Source of the DNA: Anaerolineae bacterium
Lineage (GTDB): Bacteria > Chloroflexota > Anaerolineae > UBA1429
NCBI GenBank assembly: GCA_963675785.1
Contig: OY776562.1
Coordinates: 288,001-352,000, forward strand
Length of the DNA stretch: 64,000 nt
Reading direction: 5' to 3'
Below the pieces are notes generated by a model. That model did not search any database. It was not told the origin of the DNA and saw nothing but the letters and a program-made list of their open reading frames with translations. A program made the translations under genes and the position numbers. Positions 19,604 through 28,584 of this stretch are shown piece by piece; position 1 is the first letter of the stretch; each line of letters opens with the position of its first letter.

Positions 19604-21503
19604 TATGAAAAAGAACACTGTAAACAACATGCAAAAAGGCAGAGGGCCCGTTAGCTGGAAGGCGACAGGGCGCTTACTTGCTTATATCATCAGGGACTAC
19701 AAGCCCCAGTTCATCATCGTGGTGATCTGCATTCTGGCCAGCACTTTGGCGGGTGTGGCGGGCTCCCTATTTCTGCAAGTCTTGATCGATGACTATATCA
19801 CGCCACTGCTAAAGGCGGCTAACCCAATATTCTCGGGGCTGCTGCGGGCTATTGCGATCATGGCCGGGATCTATTTGGTGGGGGTTGTGACGTCACTGTT
19901 TTACAACCGCACCATGGTCACCATCTCGCAAGGCATTTTGAAGAAAATACGCGACGAGATGTTTGCCCATATGCAGGCGCTGCCCATCAAGTATTTCGAT
20001 ACGCATACCCACGGCGACGTAATGAGCCGCTATACGAATGACACCGACGCGTTGCGAATGATGATCTCGCAAAGCGTTCCGCAGGTACTAGCGGCTTTGA
20101 TAACGGTCATCTCGGTGTTCTTTGCCATGCTGTTCCTTAGCCCTTTGCTGACACTGTTGGTGGTGATTTGGGCGGGGCTGATGCTGACCATTGCCAGCAA
20201 AATCGGCGGCAATTCAGCGACCTATTTTGTCGCACAGCAGAGCTCGATTGGCGTGGTCAATGGCTATATCGAGGAGATGATCAACGGGCAAAAAGTTGTC
20301 AAGGTATTCTGCCACGAGGATGAGGCCAAAGAGGGATTCAATGTGCGCAACGAACAGTTGTGCGAAAACTCTACTCAGGCCAATAAGTTCGCCAACATCC
20401 TGATGCCTATTATGGGCAACATGGGGCACTTGTTGTACGTACTCGTTGCCATTGCCGGCGGCGCCCTGGCGATCGAGGGGATTGGTGGATTGACGTTGGG
20501 CGCCATTGCCTCGTTCTTGACGCTGGCACAGAACTTTACGCGGCCCATCAGCCAGATTTCACAGCAGGTGAACTCGATTGTGATGGCGTTGGCGGGCGCA
20601 GAGCGCATCTTTAACCTGATGGATGAACAATCAGAGCAGGACGATGGCTATGTGACGCTGGTGAACGCCAAGCGCGAGGGCGACGAACTGGTGGAGAGTG
20701 TAGAAATGACCGGCCTGTGGGCCTGGAAACACCCGCACAAGGCCGACGGCACGGTGACCTATACCGAGTTGGCTGGCGACGTACGCCTTTTCGATGTGGA
20801 TTTCAGCTACGAGCCCAACAAGCCGGTACTGAAGGATATCTCGCTCTATGCCAAGCCGGGGCAAAAGATCGCCTTTGTGGGGGCTACGGGCGCGGGCAAG
20901 ACGACTATCACCAACCTCATCAACCGCTTTTACGACATCGAGGATGGCAAGATTCGCTACGACGGCATCAATATCAACAAGATCAAAAAAGATGACTTGC
21001 GCCGCTCGCTGGCCATGGTGCTGCAGGATACCAACTTGTTCAGCGGCACGGTGATGGAGAACATCCGCTACGGACGGCTGGATGCGACCGACGATGAGGT
21101 GATCCACGCGGCGCAGTTGGCCAATGCCCATGATTTCATCATGCGGCTGCCCAATGGCTACCAGACGATGCTTTCGGGCGACGGCAGCCAGCTCTCGCAG
21201 GGGCAGCGGCAGTTGCTCTCCATTGCGCGGGCGGCGGTGGCCGATCCGCCGGTGATGATTTTGGACGAGGCCACCTCCAGCATTGATACGCGTACCGAGG
21301 CGCTGGTGCAGCAGGGCATGGACAGCCTGATGGAGGGTCGCACGGTGTTCGTCATCGCCCACCGGCTCTCCACCGTGCAAAACTCTCAGGCCATTATGGT
21401 GCTGGACCACGGGCGCATCATCGAGCGCGGCGACCACGAGTCGCTGATTGCCCAAAAGGGCGAGTACTATCAGCTCTATACGGGTGCTTTAGAGTTAGAA
21501 TAG
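19590..21503 (+). CDS. heterodimeric ABC exporter, subunit 2 (TMD+NBD)
   Basis: GATGAGKT, LSQGQRQ, ILDEAT, IAHRL. Confidence 0.93.
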   Translation: MGRHDMKKNTVNNMQKGRGPVSWKATGRLLAYIIRDYKPQFIIVVICILASTLAGVAGSLFLQVLIDDYITPLLKAANPIFSGLLRAIAIMAGIYLVGVVTSLFYNRTMVTISQGILKKIRDEMFAHMQALPIKYFDTHTHGDVMSRYTNDTDALRMMISQSVPQVLAALITVISVFFAMLFLSPLLTLLVVIWAGLMLTIASKIGGNSATYFVAQQSSIGVVNGYIEEMINGQKVVKVFCHEDEAKEGFNVRNEQLCENSTQANKFANILMPIMGNMGHLLYVLVAIAGGALAIEGIGGLTLGAIASFLTLAQNFTRPISQISQQVNSIVMALAGAERIFNLMDEQSEQDDGYVTLVNAKREGDELVESVEMTGLWAWKHPHKADGTVTYTELAGDVRLFDVDFSYEPNKPVLKDISLYAKPGQKIAFVGATGAGKTTITNLINRFYDIEDGKIRYDGININKIKKDDLRRSLAMVLQDTNLFSGTVMENIRYGRLDATDDEVIHAAQLANAHDFIMRLPNGYQTMLSGDGSQLSQGQRQLLSIARAAVADPPVMILDEATSSIDTRTEALVQQGMDSLMEGRTVFVIAHRLSTVQNSQAIMVLDHGRIIERGDHESLIAQKGEYYQLYTGALELE

Positions 21504-21551
21504 GGTTTAATGCGAACGGCCTTCTTCCCGTCAGGGAAGGAGGCCGTTTTT
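21396..21551 (+). repeat. direct repeat copy 1 (ABC gene 3' end + terminator; attL-like)
   Basis: aligns with 22690-22833; identical 28-bp core AAAAGGGCGAGTACTATCAGCTCTATAC at 21454-21481. Confidence 0.92.
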
Positions 21552-22763
21552 ATGTTGTTGCTATTGATTGACCCAAGGGTATCTGGCATCAATATAAGCC
21601 AGCCAGTCGCTCATGCCGCAGAGTTGATGAGGCGATAGATGACCAAAGAGTTGCTCAGTGCTGATGCTGATGAATCGATCTTGAGGCTGCACCAGCCGTT
21701 TCCACACATCAGTTGCCTTGTCGCCTAGATTTCTCAAATCCGGTGAAGTTACAGTGTCAAAATCTTTGTTATGCGCTGGCGAGATGTGTAACACACTGAC
21801 TTGATTAGCCCCTAATTCGTGAGCGAGTTCCATCTCATGAGCGAGGAACTGCTGGCGCATGAGTTGGTAAAACGGTTCGTAGAACTGGGATTCAAAACAG
21901 GCAAGTAAGCCTTTGTTAATAGGACAATCATTGCGTTCGAAAAGAGGCTTGTAGATGAGCGTACGGTCAGTACCACTCTTGGCGTAGTGAAGGGAATTGC
22001 TGCTGTAGGATTCTGTGTATTTCCATTCGATGAGCACAGCTTGACGCATTCCATCCGTGCGTTCAAAGAGGACAATTGCATCAGCACTGGTAAAATTGGC
22101 TCCACGGGTCCGCTTGCTGCCTTTGCGTACCCGTTCTCCTAAATAGTTCTCTGCGCCAATCCATTCAAAGGCTACATATTGTCCGTCTTCTACTGGCAGC
22201 ATTTGTTTAATTGTGGGAAAGACGCACTGTAATATCGTTCTTAGAGCTGTAGGCTCATGGGCAAAGGGGAATAGAAAATTCACACAGCAGACCTGAGAGT
22301 CGCATAAATGATTGCTGGGCTTGTAGTCTTGCCCATCATGCCATTTGATTTTATTCGCAGCAAAGTAGGCTGGCGCGCTTTGACGGATGCAGGGAAAGAG
22401 ATTCTCCTCGGCGCAGTCACGGGGTAGGCAGAATGAGCGAAGTTTGCCGCGATAGCTGCCGTCGGCTCTGGCCGCATCAGAGAAATACGGTGAACTGGCG
22501 CGAAAAGCGGTAAGGCGAACTTTTTCCTGTTCTAAAAAGATACCCATTGATTCCTCCAGCCAGATTTGACTCTTATATAGTAGCTACAAGATATCGCTCT
22601 TTCTATTTAACAGTACAGAACTATTATCGTAAACTATTAATTTGTACCTATTATAGATTACGATATTTCATATACAACTAGTTATCAGCATGGTGCCGAC
22701 CACCGAGTGCGGCGACCACGAATCGCTGATTGCTGAAAAGGGCGAGTACTATCAGCTCTATAC
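21454..22763. mobile_element. putative 1,282-bp integrated mini-cassette carrying one nuclease gene, no integrase
   Basis: bounded by direct repeats of the target-gene 3' end; AT-richer cargo on the opposite strand. Confidence 0.7.
21561..22547 (-). CDS. PD-(D/E)XK nuclease-like protein (PGN_0703-like putative restriction endonuclease)
   Basis: NHLCDSQVCCVNF, TSADA...LIEWKYTE, YQLMRQQFLA; GGAGG RBS. Confidence 0.7.
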   Translation of the reverse strand: MGIFLEQEKVRLTAFRASSPYFSDAARADGSYRGKLRSFCLPRDCAEENLFPCIRQSAPAYFAANKIKWHDGQDYKPSNHLCDSQVCCVNFLFPFAHEPTALRTILQCVFPTIKQMLPVEDGQYVAFEWIGAENYLGERVRKGSKRTRGANFTSADAIVLFERTDGMRQAVLIEWKYTESYSSNSLHYAKSGTDRTLIYKPLFERNDCPINKGLLACFESQFYEPFYQLMRQQFLAHEMELAHELGANQVSVLHISPAHNKDFDTVTSPDLRNLGDKATDVWKRLVQPQDRFISISTEQLFGHLSPHQLCGMSDWLAYIDARYPWVNQ

Positions 22764-22833
22764 CGGCGCTTTGGAGCTAGAATAGGACTTGGTGCAAAGG
22801 GTCTCCTTCCCGTGAGGGGAGGAGACCCTTTTT
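22690..22833 (+). repeat. direct repeat copy 2 (orphan ABC 3' end + terminator; attR-like)
   Basis: encodes ECGDHESLIAEKGEYYQLYTGALELE* versus ERGDHESLIAQKGEYYQLYTGALELE*; core 22736-22763; terminator 22796-22833. Confidence 0.92.
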
Positions 22834-23005
22834 GTTGTTTCATCATTTCGAAAAATTCTTCTGTTATATATTGACATAAGTCTGTGTCTGGTGGTAATAT
22901 TACTTAGGTATAAAAGCCTATTAAAGTGGCTTGGATAACTAGTGGGCTGTTTTGCTCCTGTCAAATTGCCTCTAATTCTCCATCTATAGATGGTAGGAGA
23001 ATAAA

Positions 23006-24598
23006 ATGAAATTTACTTTTTATTTGTTCAATGAGAGCGTTACAGAATTCGACAAGGCTATCAGAACAGGAAAAATTGAAGGAACTGAACCTTTTCTTCT
23101 AGTAGTTCCTAATCATGAATTACCTTTTGACTGTCAAGCTTATTTTCAGCAAAACAAAGCGACACCGCCGCGATGGTATGGTTATATTTCGGGTGCATTC
23201 AAGTTTGATCAGGCGGTCATGAATCAAGCTAATTCATTTCTATTGCTCATTAGGGTTAAAAGTAGAATATTTGCAATTACAATGGGGTATGGTTTTGCAG
23301 CTATTGATCGTGATTTTCTCGAACGCGGTTTTGGACTAAAAGTAGTCCTAAATGAAATAGATCCATCCCGCATCAAAAGCATTGACACGCGAGTAATAGA
23401 TACGACCACGAAGCAGAAACGGGTGCTTCTGAATAAAGATAGTGAATTGTACGATTTCGATTTTGACATGGAAGAAGAATTGTTAAGTGTAATCTCTGGT
23501 GTGCCAAGCAATATTGATCTGGCCAATAAGTTGACAGGGGCTGATTCTTTGAGTGTTACCTGTGATGTTCCACTAGAGGATCTGGGTAAGAAGTGTGAAC
23601 AGTTACTTACGTCATTCTATAAGGAAAATTACAAAGAGTCTTTCGGATTTATTGATAATCTTAGAGTTATAAAGGTTCCGTCACTATGTGAACAACTTGA
23701 TAAATTGCTATTACAGGCAATTGAAAATCGCATTGAAACAAAGCTTATGGTGGCATATCCGGAAATTGATACTCCTTCTCGTGTTGATGAATATCGCATT
23801 TCGACGACTAGTAGACGTACGCGGTCGGCAGATGAGCTTGATGTTAAGGCAATATACAGTTTTTTGGACGAGTTCTATTCCGAAAGGCAGATTCCTGATC
23901 TGCAAAAGATAACTGTCCAAGGTTTTGATTCAGAAGGCAATGTGGTTACAGGTAAGTATAAACTGAGAGACTACTTGACTTTTGAAACAGAACTGGACGA
24001 AGGCAGATATGTTTTCACTTTGAATAGATGGTTTCAGATAGATAGCAACTATAACGATGAAGTAAGTCGTTACATGAGTAACATAGGAATTATCCCTAAC
24101 CTAGATGGTATCTACTTGCCTCCAATTGTGTCTGGCGACCCGGAAGGGGATTATAATGAAAAAGTATCAAACGATCTCGGTTATTTGCTCTTAGACAAAA
24201 AGAATTATCCGGCTGGAGGAAGAAGCAAGATCGAAATTTGTGATCTCTATACTCCAGAAGGAGATTTAATCTGTGTAAAAAAATACAACGGGTCATCTAC
24301 TTTGAGTCATCTATTCAGTCAAGGTCTAGTATCAGCAAGATGTCTGGTTGATTTGGAAAGGTATAGACAGTTTTTCCGCACCAAGATACCTGAGAATTGG
24401 GATAGTACTCGGATAAGTGAAACTGATTTTGATCCTAAAAAAGTGCGCATTGTGTTTGCAGTTGCTTGTGCAAAAAAAGGTAGTATTATCGACTCTCTAC
24501 CTTTCTTTAGCAAAGTGAATCTTCTTCATGCACTTAGAGAGATTGAAAGACTAGGTATAGCTGTTTGTTTGTGTAAAATCGAGTTTATTGATTCTTGA
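23006..24598 (+). CDS. DUF6119 / TIGR04141-like sporadically distributed protein
   Basis: FAITMGYG, ERGFGLKVVLN, EGDYN, IEICDL, VKK...SSTLSHLFSQG.VS, LPFFSKVNL; AT-rich; own TTGACA promoter at 22871. Confidence 0.8.
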   Translation: MKFTFYLFNESVTEFDKAIRTGKIEGTEPFLLVVPNHELPFDCQAYFQQNKATPPRWYGYISGAFKFDQAVMNQANSFLLLIRVKSRIFAITMGYGFAAIDRDFLERGFGLKVVLNEIDPSRIKSIDTRVIDTTTKQKRVLLNKDSELYDFDFDMEEELLSVISGVPSNIDLANKLTGADSLSVTCDVPLEDLGKKCEQLLTSFYKENYKESFGFIDNLRVIKVPSLCEQLDKLLLQAIENRIETKLMVAYPEIDTPSRVDEYRISTTSRRTRSADELDVKAIYSFLDEFYSERQIPDLQKITVQGFDSEGNVVTGKYKLRDYLTFETELDEGRYVFTLNRWFQIDSNYNDEVSRYMSNIGIIPNLDGIYLPPIVSGDPEGDYNEKVSNDLGYLLLDKKNYPAGGRSKIEICDLYTPEGDLICVKKYNGSSTLSHLFSQGLVSARCLVDLERYRQFFRTKIPENWDSTRISETDFDPKKVRIVFAVACAKKGSIIDSLPFFSKVNLLHALREIERLGIAVCLCKIEFIDS

Positions 24599-24676
24599 TT
24601 CTTTTTATGGTTAGGCATATATCTTGAAAATTGACCCTCTCTCCTTCCTTTCCAACTGCCATCAAGATAGCACGTC

Positions 24677-24712
24677 AAGGGGCTAAAGTTTGTCGGCTTT
24701 AGCCCCTTTTTT
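24677..24712 (+). terminator. intrinsic terminator after the DUF6119 gene
   Basis: AAGGGGCTAAAG-N8-CTTTAGCCCCTT followed by T tract. Confidence 0.8.
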
Positions 24713-24917
24713 CTGCCCGGAATTTCGGGTGCAAGTGCAATCTCTATGAAATTGATGCAAAATGACGGTAGTCTATCAAATATCCTGTTAAGCGATATGC
24801 GAGCAGCAAGGTTCATTACGATACTTGGTGCGATTGAGGATGGGATGGTTCATTCAGAGCATTCACTAGAGCCAAGTCTTCTCAAGTTGTATTTTATTCA
24901 TCACTCTGGAGGTATCT

Positions 24918-25913
24918 TTGCAAACCAACACTCTTTTCTCTTCCCTTTCTTTCAACCTGCCCATCGAGGCCGTGCTGAGCGGTTTGGCCGAGGGCACCGT
25001 ACACCGCGGTCAGAGCGGCATAGCGGTGCGCTGTGGCCATCGGCATTACCTGGCGGGCGAGGACCCCGCTTTTGAGGCTGCCTACTGCGCCGAGTTCTTG
25101 GTGGGCCTGGGCAGCAGCATGTTCGTGCTCTGCGGCGAGGAGGCCCTGCTGCAGCGCCTGGCCCAGGGGCCGTTGGCCGAGCGTTACCCTCTGCTAGACT
25201 GGCGCGGCTATTACGCGTTGGATACGGCCGACGCGCCCCCGCCCCAACCTCTGCTCGCTGGTTATGCCCTCGTGCCGGTAGATGCGGCGCTGCTGGCGCG
25301 GCAAGAGCTGGCTGGTCTGGATGATCTGCGCGAAGAGATGGTCTCGGAGCGGGTCAGCGTGGCGGACTTTTTGGCGCGCAGCTTTGGCCTGGCCTTGCTG
25401 CATGGCGATGAGTTGGTGGGCTGGTGCCTCTCCGAATACAACACCGCCACCCGTTGCGAGGTGGGCATTGGTGTGGCGGAAGGGCACCGTCGCCAGGGAT
25501 TGGCCACTTGTATGGCCCGTACCTTTGGCCAGTTGGCTCGCCAACGGGGCATCGAGCACATCGGTTGGCATTGCTGGAGGAGCAACCAGGCTTCAGCGAA
25601 CACGGCGCTGGCTGCCGGTTACCAATCAGTTTGTGCGTATCCGGTACTGTTTGGCTATGGCGATAATACCCTCAATTTGGCGGTCAATGGCAATATGTGC
25701 CTGCGGCGCGGAGAAGCTGAGGCTGCCGTATCCTGGTTCGGGCGGGCTTTTGCGGCGGGTAACCCGGTCTGGGCATTGCTGCCTGCGACACGGGCCTGTT
25801 TGCGATCCGGCGACGCCGAGCAGGCGCGCGTTTATTTACAGCGGGCCCTGGATAGTGGGGCGGTCGACGGTAAGACACTGGCGGACGATCCCGAGTTGGC
25901 CGATCTCCTCTAA
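24918..25913 (+). CDS. GNAT family N-acetyltransferase with C-terminal TPR-like helices
   Basis: EVGIGV..HRRQGLA, WHCWRSNQAS; GGAGG RBS; GC-rich. Confidence 0.8.
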   Translation: MQTNTLFSSLSFNLPIEAVLSGLAEGTVHRGQSGIAVRCGHRHYLAGEDPAFEAAYCAEFLVGLGSSMFVLCGEEALLQRLAQGPLAERYPLLDWRGYYALDTADAPPPQPLLAGYALVPVDAALLARQELAGLDDLREEMVSERVSVADFLARSFGLALLHGDELVGWCLSEYNTATRCEVGIGVAEGHRRQGLATCMARTFGQLARQRGIEHIGWHCWRSNQASANTALAAGYQSVCAYPVLFGYGDNTLNLAVNGNMCLRRGEAEAAVSWFGRAFAAGNPVWALLPATRACLRSGDAEQARVYLQRALDSGAVDGKTLADDPELADLL

Positions 25914-26008
25914 CCGGCTGCTACTCTCCTCAAAGACGGGCTTGCCAATCCTCAATTTCCAGCTAGCATGTGCACAGTCTGATATATGTATGAAAAGGGG
26001 GGTGGCCT

Positions 26009-27025
26009 ATGTCGAGCATAAACGAGACGACCCGGCGCGAACGCGTTTTGTGTGCACTGCATCATCAACAACCCGATGTCTGTCCCTGGCAAATCAACCC
26101 GACGGTGGATGCCTATGCTCGGGTGGCCGAGTACCTGGGCGATGAGGACTGGATTGAGGGCGTGGGCAATCACCTGGTTTCTTATGAGGATGGTTGCTTT
26201 ATCGAAGAACGTACCGGCTTTTGGCGTGACCAGTTTGGCATCCTTTGGAATCGCACCATCGACAAGGACATTGGCAACGTCGACCAGTTACTGCTGCCCG
26301 AGGCTAGCCTGCAGGGTTACGCATTCCCTCGGCCAGATTATGCGCGAAATGCTGCCCACTTGCAGTGCCTGGTGGACGAGCACCCCGATCGTTTTCGTAT
26401 AGCCAGCATTGGGTTTTCCATGTTCGAACGCGCCTGGACGTTGCGCGGCATGGAGAACCTGCTCATGGATATGGTATTGCAGCCCCAGTTCGTCGATGCC
26501 TTGCTGGATCGCATCCTCGAATATGACTTGGCGGTGCTGGAGCACATGCTCACCTACGACGTAGACTGCATCCGTTTTGGCGATGACTGGGGCCAGCAAA
26601 AGGGGCTGATCATGGGGCCCAAGCTGTGGCATCGCTTCATCAAGCCGCGTATGGCTGCGCTCTATGGGCGGGTCAAGTCGGCCGGGCTGTATGTCATGCA
26701 GCATTCTTGTGGTGATATACAGGGCCTCTTCCCCGATCTCATCGACATGGGCTTGGACATCTTTGAGACATTCCAGCCCGAGGTGATGGACGTGGATTTC
26801 TGCAAGCGAGAGTATGGCCAGCACCTCACCTTTTATGGCGGCATCAGCACTCAGCAGGTAATGCCGCGGGTTAGCCCTGTGGAGCTGTACGCCCACGTGC
26901 ACGACATGATCCGGCGCATGGGTGTGGATGGCGGCTATATTGTGGCACCCACTCATGGCGTGCCCCGCGATGTATCGCCAGAGAACATCCTGGCCTTTGT
27001 GGATGCCGTGCAGAATCAACCCTGA
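26009..27025 (+). CDS. uroporphyrinogen decarboxylase-like / MtaA-CmuA family protein
   Basis: FERAWTLRGMEN, GDDWG.Q, HSCG, GGISTQ, GGYIVAPTH. Confidence 0.88.
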   Translation: MSSINETTRRERVLCALHHQQPDVCPWQINPTVDAYARVAEYLGDEDWIEGVGNHLVSYEDGCFIEERTGFWRDQFGILWNRTIDKDIGNVDQLLLPEASLQGYAFPRPDYARNAAHLQCLVDEHPDRFRIASIGFSMFERAWTLRGMENLLMDMVLQPQFVDALLDRILEYDLAVLEHMLTYDVDCIRFGDDWGQQKGLIMGPKLWHRFIKPRMAALYGRVKSAGLYVMQHSCGDIQGLFPDLIDMGLDIFETFQPEVMDVDFCKREYGQHLTFYGGISTQQVMPRVSPVELYAHVHDMIRRMGVDGGYIVAPTHGVPRDVSPENILAFVDAVQNQP

Positions 27026-27070
27026 GCACGGGATTATTCTACCGATAGACTTTTGCCATGAGAGGCTGCC

Positions 27071-27253
27071 ATGCTAGCGGTGTTACGCAAAGGATTCATC
27101 CTTGGCTTGTCGATAGCTGCTCCAGTGGGGCCTGTCGGCGTGCTGTGTATGCGCCGCTCCATTGCCCAAGGGTGGCGCTGGGTTCAGGGATCGTTTCTTG
27201 TTTCTAATATGCCTGGGCCCAGTTCTTTAAAGGGCGAGACAATGCAAGGCTAA
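27071..27253 (+). pseudogene. truncated LysE/RhtB translocator (N-terminal fragment only)
   Basis: GFILGLSIAAPVGPVGVLCMRRS..QG is the LysE N-terminus; similarity ends after ~37 aa. Confidence 0.75.
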
Positions 27254-27287
27254 GGTGAGCTTTTCCTTATGCGAAGGCGGTGTGAGG

Positions 27288-28412
27288 ATGAGTGATGATC
27301 AATACGATTCGCTTGATGATGAACACCGATTGCTTGAGGAAGGTGTTTTTTGCATCAAGTATTCCCGTTACGTGCAGCTAACACGCCAAAACGGCTCGCC
27401 AGTCTGTGCGGAATTTGATTGCCCTGAGCACCGCAAGTGTCTATGGGGTATCGGACTGGAAAAAGCAGAGAGGATAAGGCAAGAAGATCGAATCTGGCTC
27501 TTTGTGCTCATCGGAGTAATCATCCTTGCAGTGTCTCTTGTAGTTGGTTTCAGCCCGCGCTTGATGTCCAATGAAAGACTGCTCAAACGTTTGAGCAGCG
27601 AGGATGAAGGCGTTCAGTTAAATGCTGCTGTCGAATTAGCAGATAGAGGGAATCCTATAGCACTAGAGATATTAGAGGCCTTTCTTGATTCAGATTCGTG
27701 GGAAGAGCGTCGCGATGCTGCTGAGGCGTTGGGACATCTTGGTGATAAACAGGTGACCCCCGCTCTATGTGAACTCCTCAATGACAGCAATACGGATGTT
27801 CTAGAGGCTGTGTCCACAGCACTTGCAGAACTCGAAGATGAGACAGCCTTCGAACCACTTTTGCAGGCATTGAATGAAAGCCCTCTCAAAGATCGTTGGG
27901 CGATTGCAAGCGCATATAGCCAGATTCAAGATGAAAGAGCTATACCCGCTCTCATCGATGCGCTAGGCAGTGACGATCTCGTGACACATCATCGTGAGTG
28001 TCTGCGGGATGCTCTGTCCAATCAGGGGGAAAAGGCGATTGAAGCCCTTGTCGATTCTGTTTTAGCCGGCGGCACAGGTGCTTGGGTATTGGCACAAATC
28101 GAGTTGCAGACCGATAGTGAGATCGCGCAGATGCATGAAGCGATTACGAACCGAGATCTGGAAACGTTGGCTATTATTTATCCTTTCTTTCTGTATCTCG
28201 ATCAGGATAATGACGGGGATGATATCGACGAGAGCCTTAGTGCAGCTGAGCAAGAGATTCTGGCAGAAGCGCTTCTTGCTTGTGGGGATAAAGAGATGGC
28301 AGAGTCTTTTGCCAATTTTCACAACGAAATCTTTGGGGGAGGCAAAATCTTGCAAGATGCAGCAGACGAATGGGCAGATCAGCATGGATATATTTTCATA
28401 TTGAGTGATTGA
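27288..28412 (+). CDS. membrane-anchored HEAT/PBS-lyase repeat protein
   Basis: repeated R..AAEALG.LGD / A.PALIDAL units; one TM; N-terminal Cys cluster. Confidence 0.8.
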   Translation: MSDDQYDSLDDEHRLLEEGVFCIKYSRYVQLTRQNGSPVCAEFDCPEHRKCLWGIGLEKAERIRQEDRIWLFVLIGVIILAVSLVVGFSPRLMSNERLLKRLSSEDEGVQLNAAVELADRGNPIALEILEAFLDSDSWEERRDAAEALGHLGDKQVTPALCELLNDSNTDVLEAVSTALAELEDETAFEPLLQALNESPLKDRWAIASAYSQIQDERAIPALIDALGSDDLVTHHRECLRDALSNQGEKAIEALVDSVLAGGTGAWVLAQIELQTDSEIAQMHEAITNRDLETLAIIYPFFLYLDQDNDGDDIDESLSAAEQEILAEALLACGDKEMAESFANFHNEIFGGGKILQDAADEWADQHGYIFILSD

Positions 28413-28584
28413 TTGTCTGTCTTCAGCATGAGTGAGATGCTGTAAAAATGCAATAAGAACATCCTTGTTATTTTTTACACTTGTAGTATAAAAGCTAGAG
28501 TCTAGTCAATGTGTTGACGTTTGGCCGCTGCTGGTATAGCCTTGGTCGGACGTGCATGAATCGGGCCTAGATAGTGAGAGAGTG

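Noticed and set aside
18530-21455. Long antisense ORFs (e.g. 18530-19564, 20631-21455, also 28567-29571, 49721-50656)
   Set aside because: Shadow frames of well-supported genes, with no recognisable motifs
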